From: Malacoraja senta
Taxonomy: Eukaryota
Length of the DNA: 64,000 bases
Direction of reading: 5' to 3'
Assembly: GCA_038087875.1 (NCBI GenBank)
Contig: CM075981.1
Coordinates: 66,464,001 to 66,528,000 of the forward strand
Below the pieces are notes generated by a model. That model worked only from the letters and a program-made list of their open reading frames with translations. It had not been told where the DNA came from and searched no databases. Shown here piece by piece: positions 62,975 to 64,000 of the stretch (its first letter is position 1; every line of letters begins with the position of its first letter). A program made the translations under genes and the position numbers.

Positions 62975-63890
62975 TAGGCCATTTGGCCCTTCAAACTAGG
63001 TCTGATCTCTGACAAGGTCATGGCTGATCTTGTGTAGGAAGGAACTGCAGATACTGGATTAAATCATCACCCATTCCTTCTCTCCAGAGATGCTGCCTGT
63101 CCCGCTGAGTTACTCCAGAATTTTGTGTCTATCATGGCTGATCTTCCTCCTCAAGAACCACTTTCCTGCTTGATCCCCAAATCCTTTGATTCTTTTAATA
63201 TCCAGAAATAGTGATCTTAGTTTAGAACGCAATCAATAACCGAGGCTCCACATCCTCCTTCCAAAGATGACTATCCTTGTGTGAAAAAATGTCTCCTCAT
63301 TTCAACCTTCTACAAGCTAAACTGTGATCCTTGTTCTGGACTTAGTTCAGTTTAGTTAGTTTATTGTCACGTGTCACAGTGAAAAGCTTATTATCACGGA
63401 GAAAAGCTTTTGTTGTGTGCTAACCAGTCAGCGGAAAGAGAATACATGATTACAATCGAGCCATTTACAATGCAAAGATACATGATAAGGGAATAACGTT
63501 TAGCGCTAAGTTAAAGCCAGTAAAGTCTGATCAAAGATAGTCCGAGGGTCATCAGGATAGTTCAGGACTGACTGCTCTCTGGACTTCCCAACCACCACAT
63601 TGAATGCATTTCATTGAGGTAACTTCCCATTCTTTTATGGAGAATAGAGTCCATGACAACTCAATCTCTCCTCAGATGACAGATCAGCCAGCCCTGGAAC
63701 TAGTCTAGCTCATCTTTGATACACTCCCTCAAACAGGTATAGAATTTTCAGGTATGAAGATAAAATACACAATATCCCTGATACAGTCTGGTGAAGGCCC
63801 TGTATCGTTGAGGTAGGAAACCTGTACTCATACCCTCTAGCAATAAAGACTATTATATTGTTTATATTCCCAACTTTTTGCTGCTCTGCA
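62975..63890 (-). mobile_element. Old CR1 3' part carrying a PLE insert (63032-63131) and a Rex1 3'UTR (-, ~63344-63575)
   Basis: TSD tcatggctgatctt (63018-63031, 63132-63145); tctggactt flanks the Rex1 piece. Confidence 0.8.
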
Positions 63891-64000
63891 TATCTGAGAA
63901 TTAAAAAAAAAGGGTTTTGGCTCTTTCATCTTCCAGAGCTGACATCATTTACTTAGAATAGTTATGTGGCTGAGGCAACTTATCAGATCTGTGGGATTGT

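Overview
Vertebrate, repeat-rich, intergenic/intronic DNA, most likely from a cartilaginous fish (skate/ray-like). The organism is inferred from HE1/V-SINEs, CR1/HER1 LINEs, Deu-domain SINEs, and Rex1/Babar and Penelope-like (PLE) retroelements. I recognise no intact host protein-coding gene; the ORF track is almost all TE fragments, antisense frames or low-complexity sequence. Main points: (1) many short PLE-derived insertions with 11-15 bp TSDs, fold-back structure and a minimal hammerhead-ribozyme-like core (CTGAAGA-stem-GAAACGTC/T), plus coding relics of the parent PLE; (2) a full-length, disabled Tc1 DD34E transposon (51960-53695) that resembles my recollection of teleost/salmonid Tc1 (horizontal-transfer candidate), nested in a CR1 and carrying a PLE insert; (3) a near-identical 2351-bp tandem duplication with a 3-bp microhomology junction; (4) a Harbinger-type MITE; (5) two decayed satellites, a YY1-motif minisatellite, and a CA-rich array with a 166-N gap; (6) candidate regulatory elements (RFX X-boxes with possible 5' exons, CTCF, Pbx/Hox). 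Coordinates were counted by eye, so TE boundaries are approximate.
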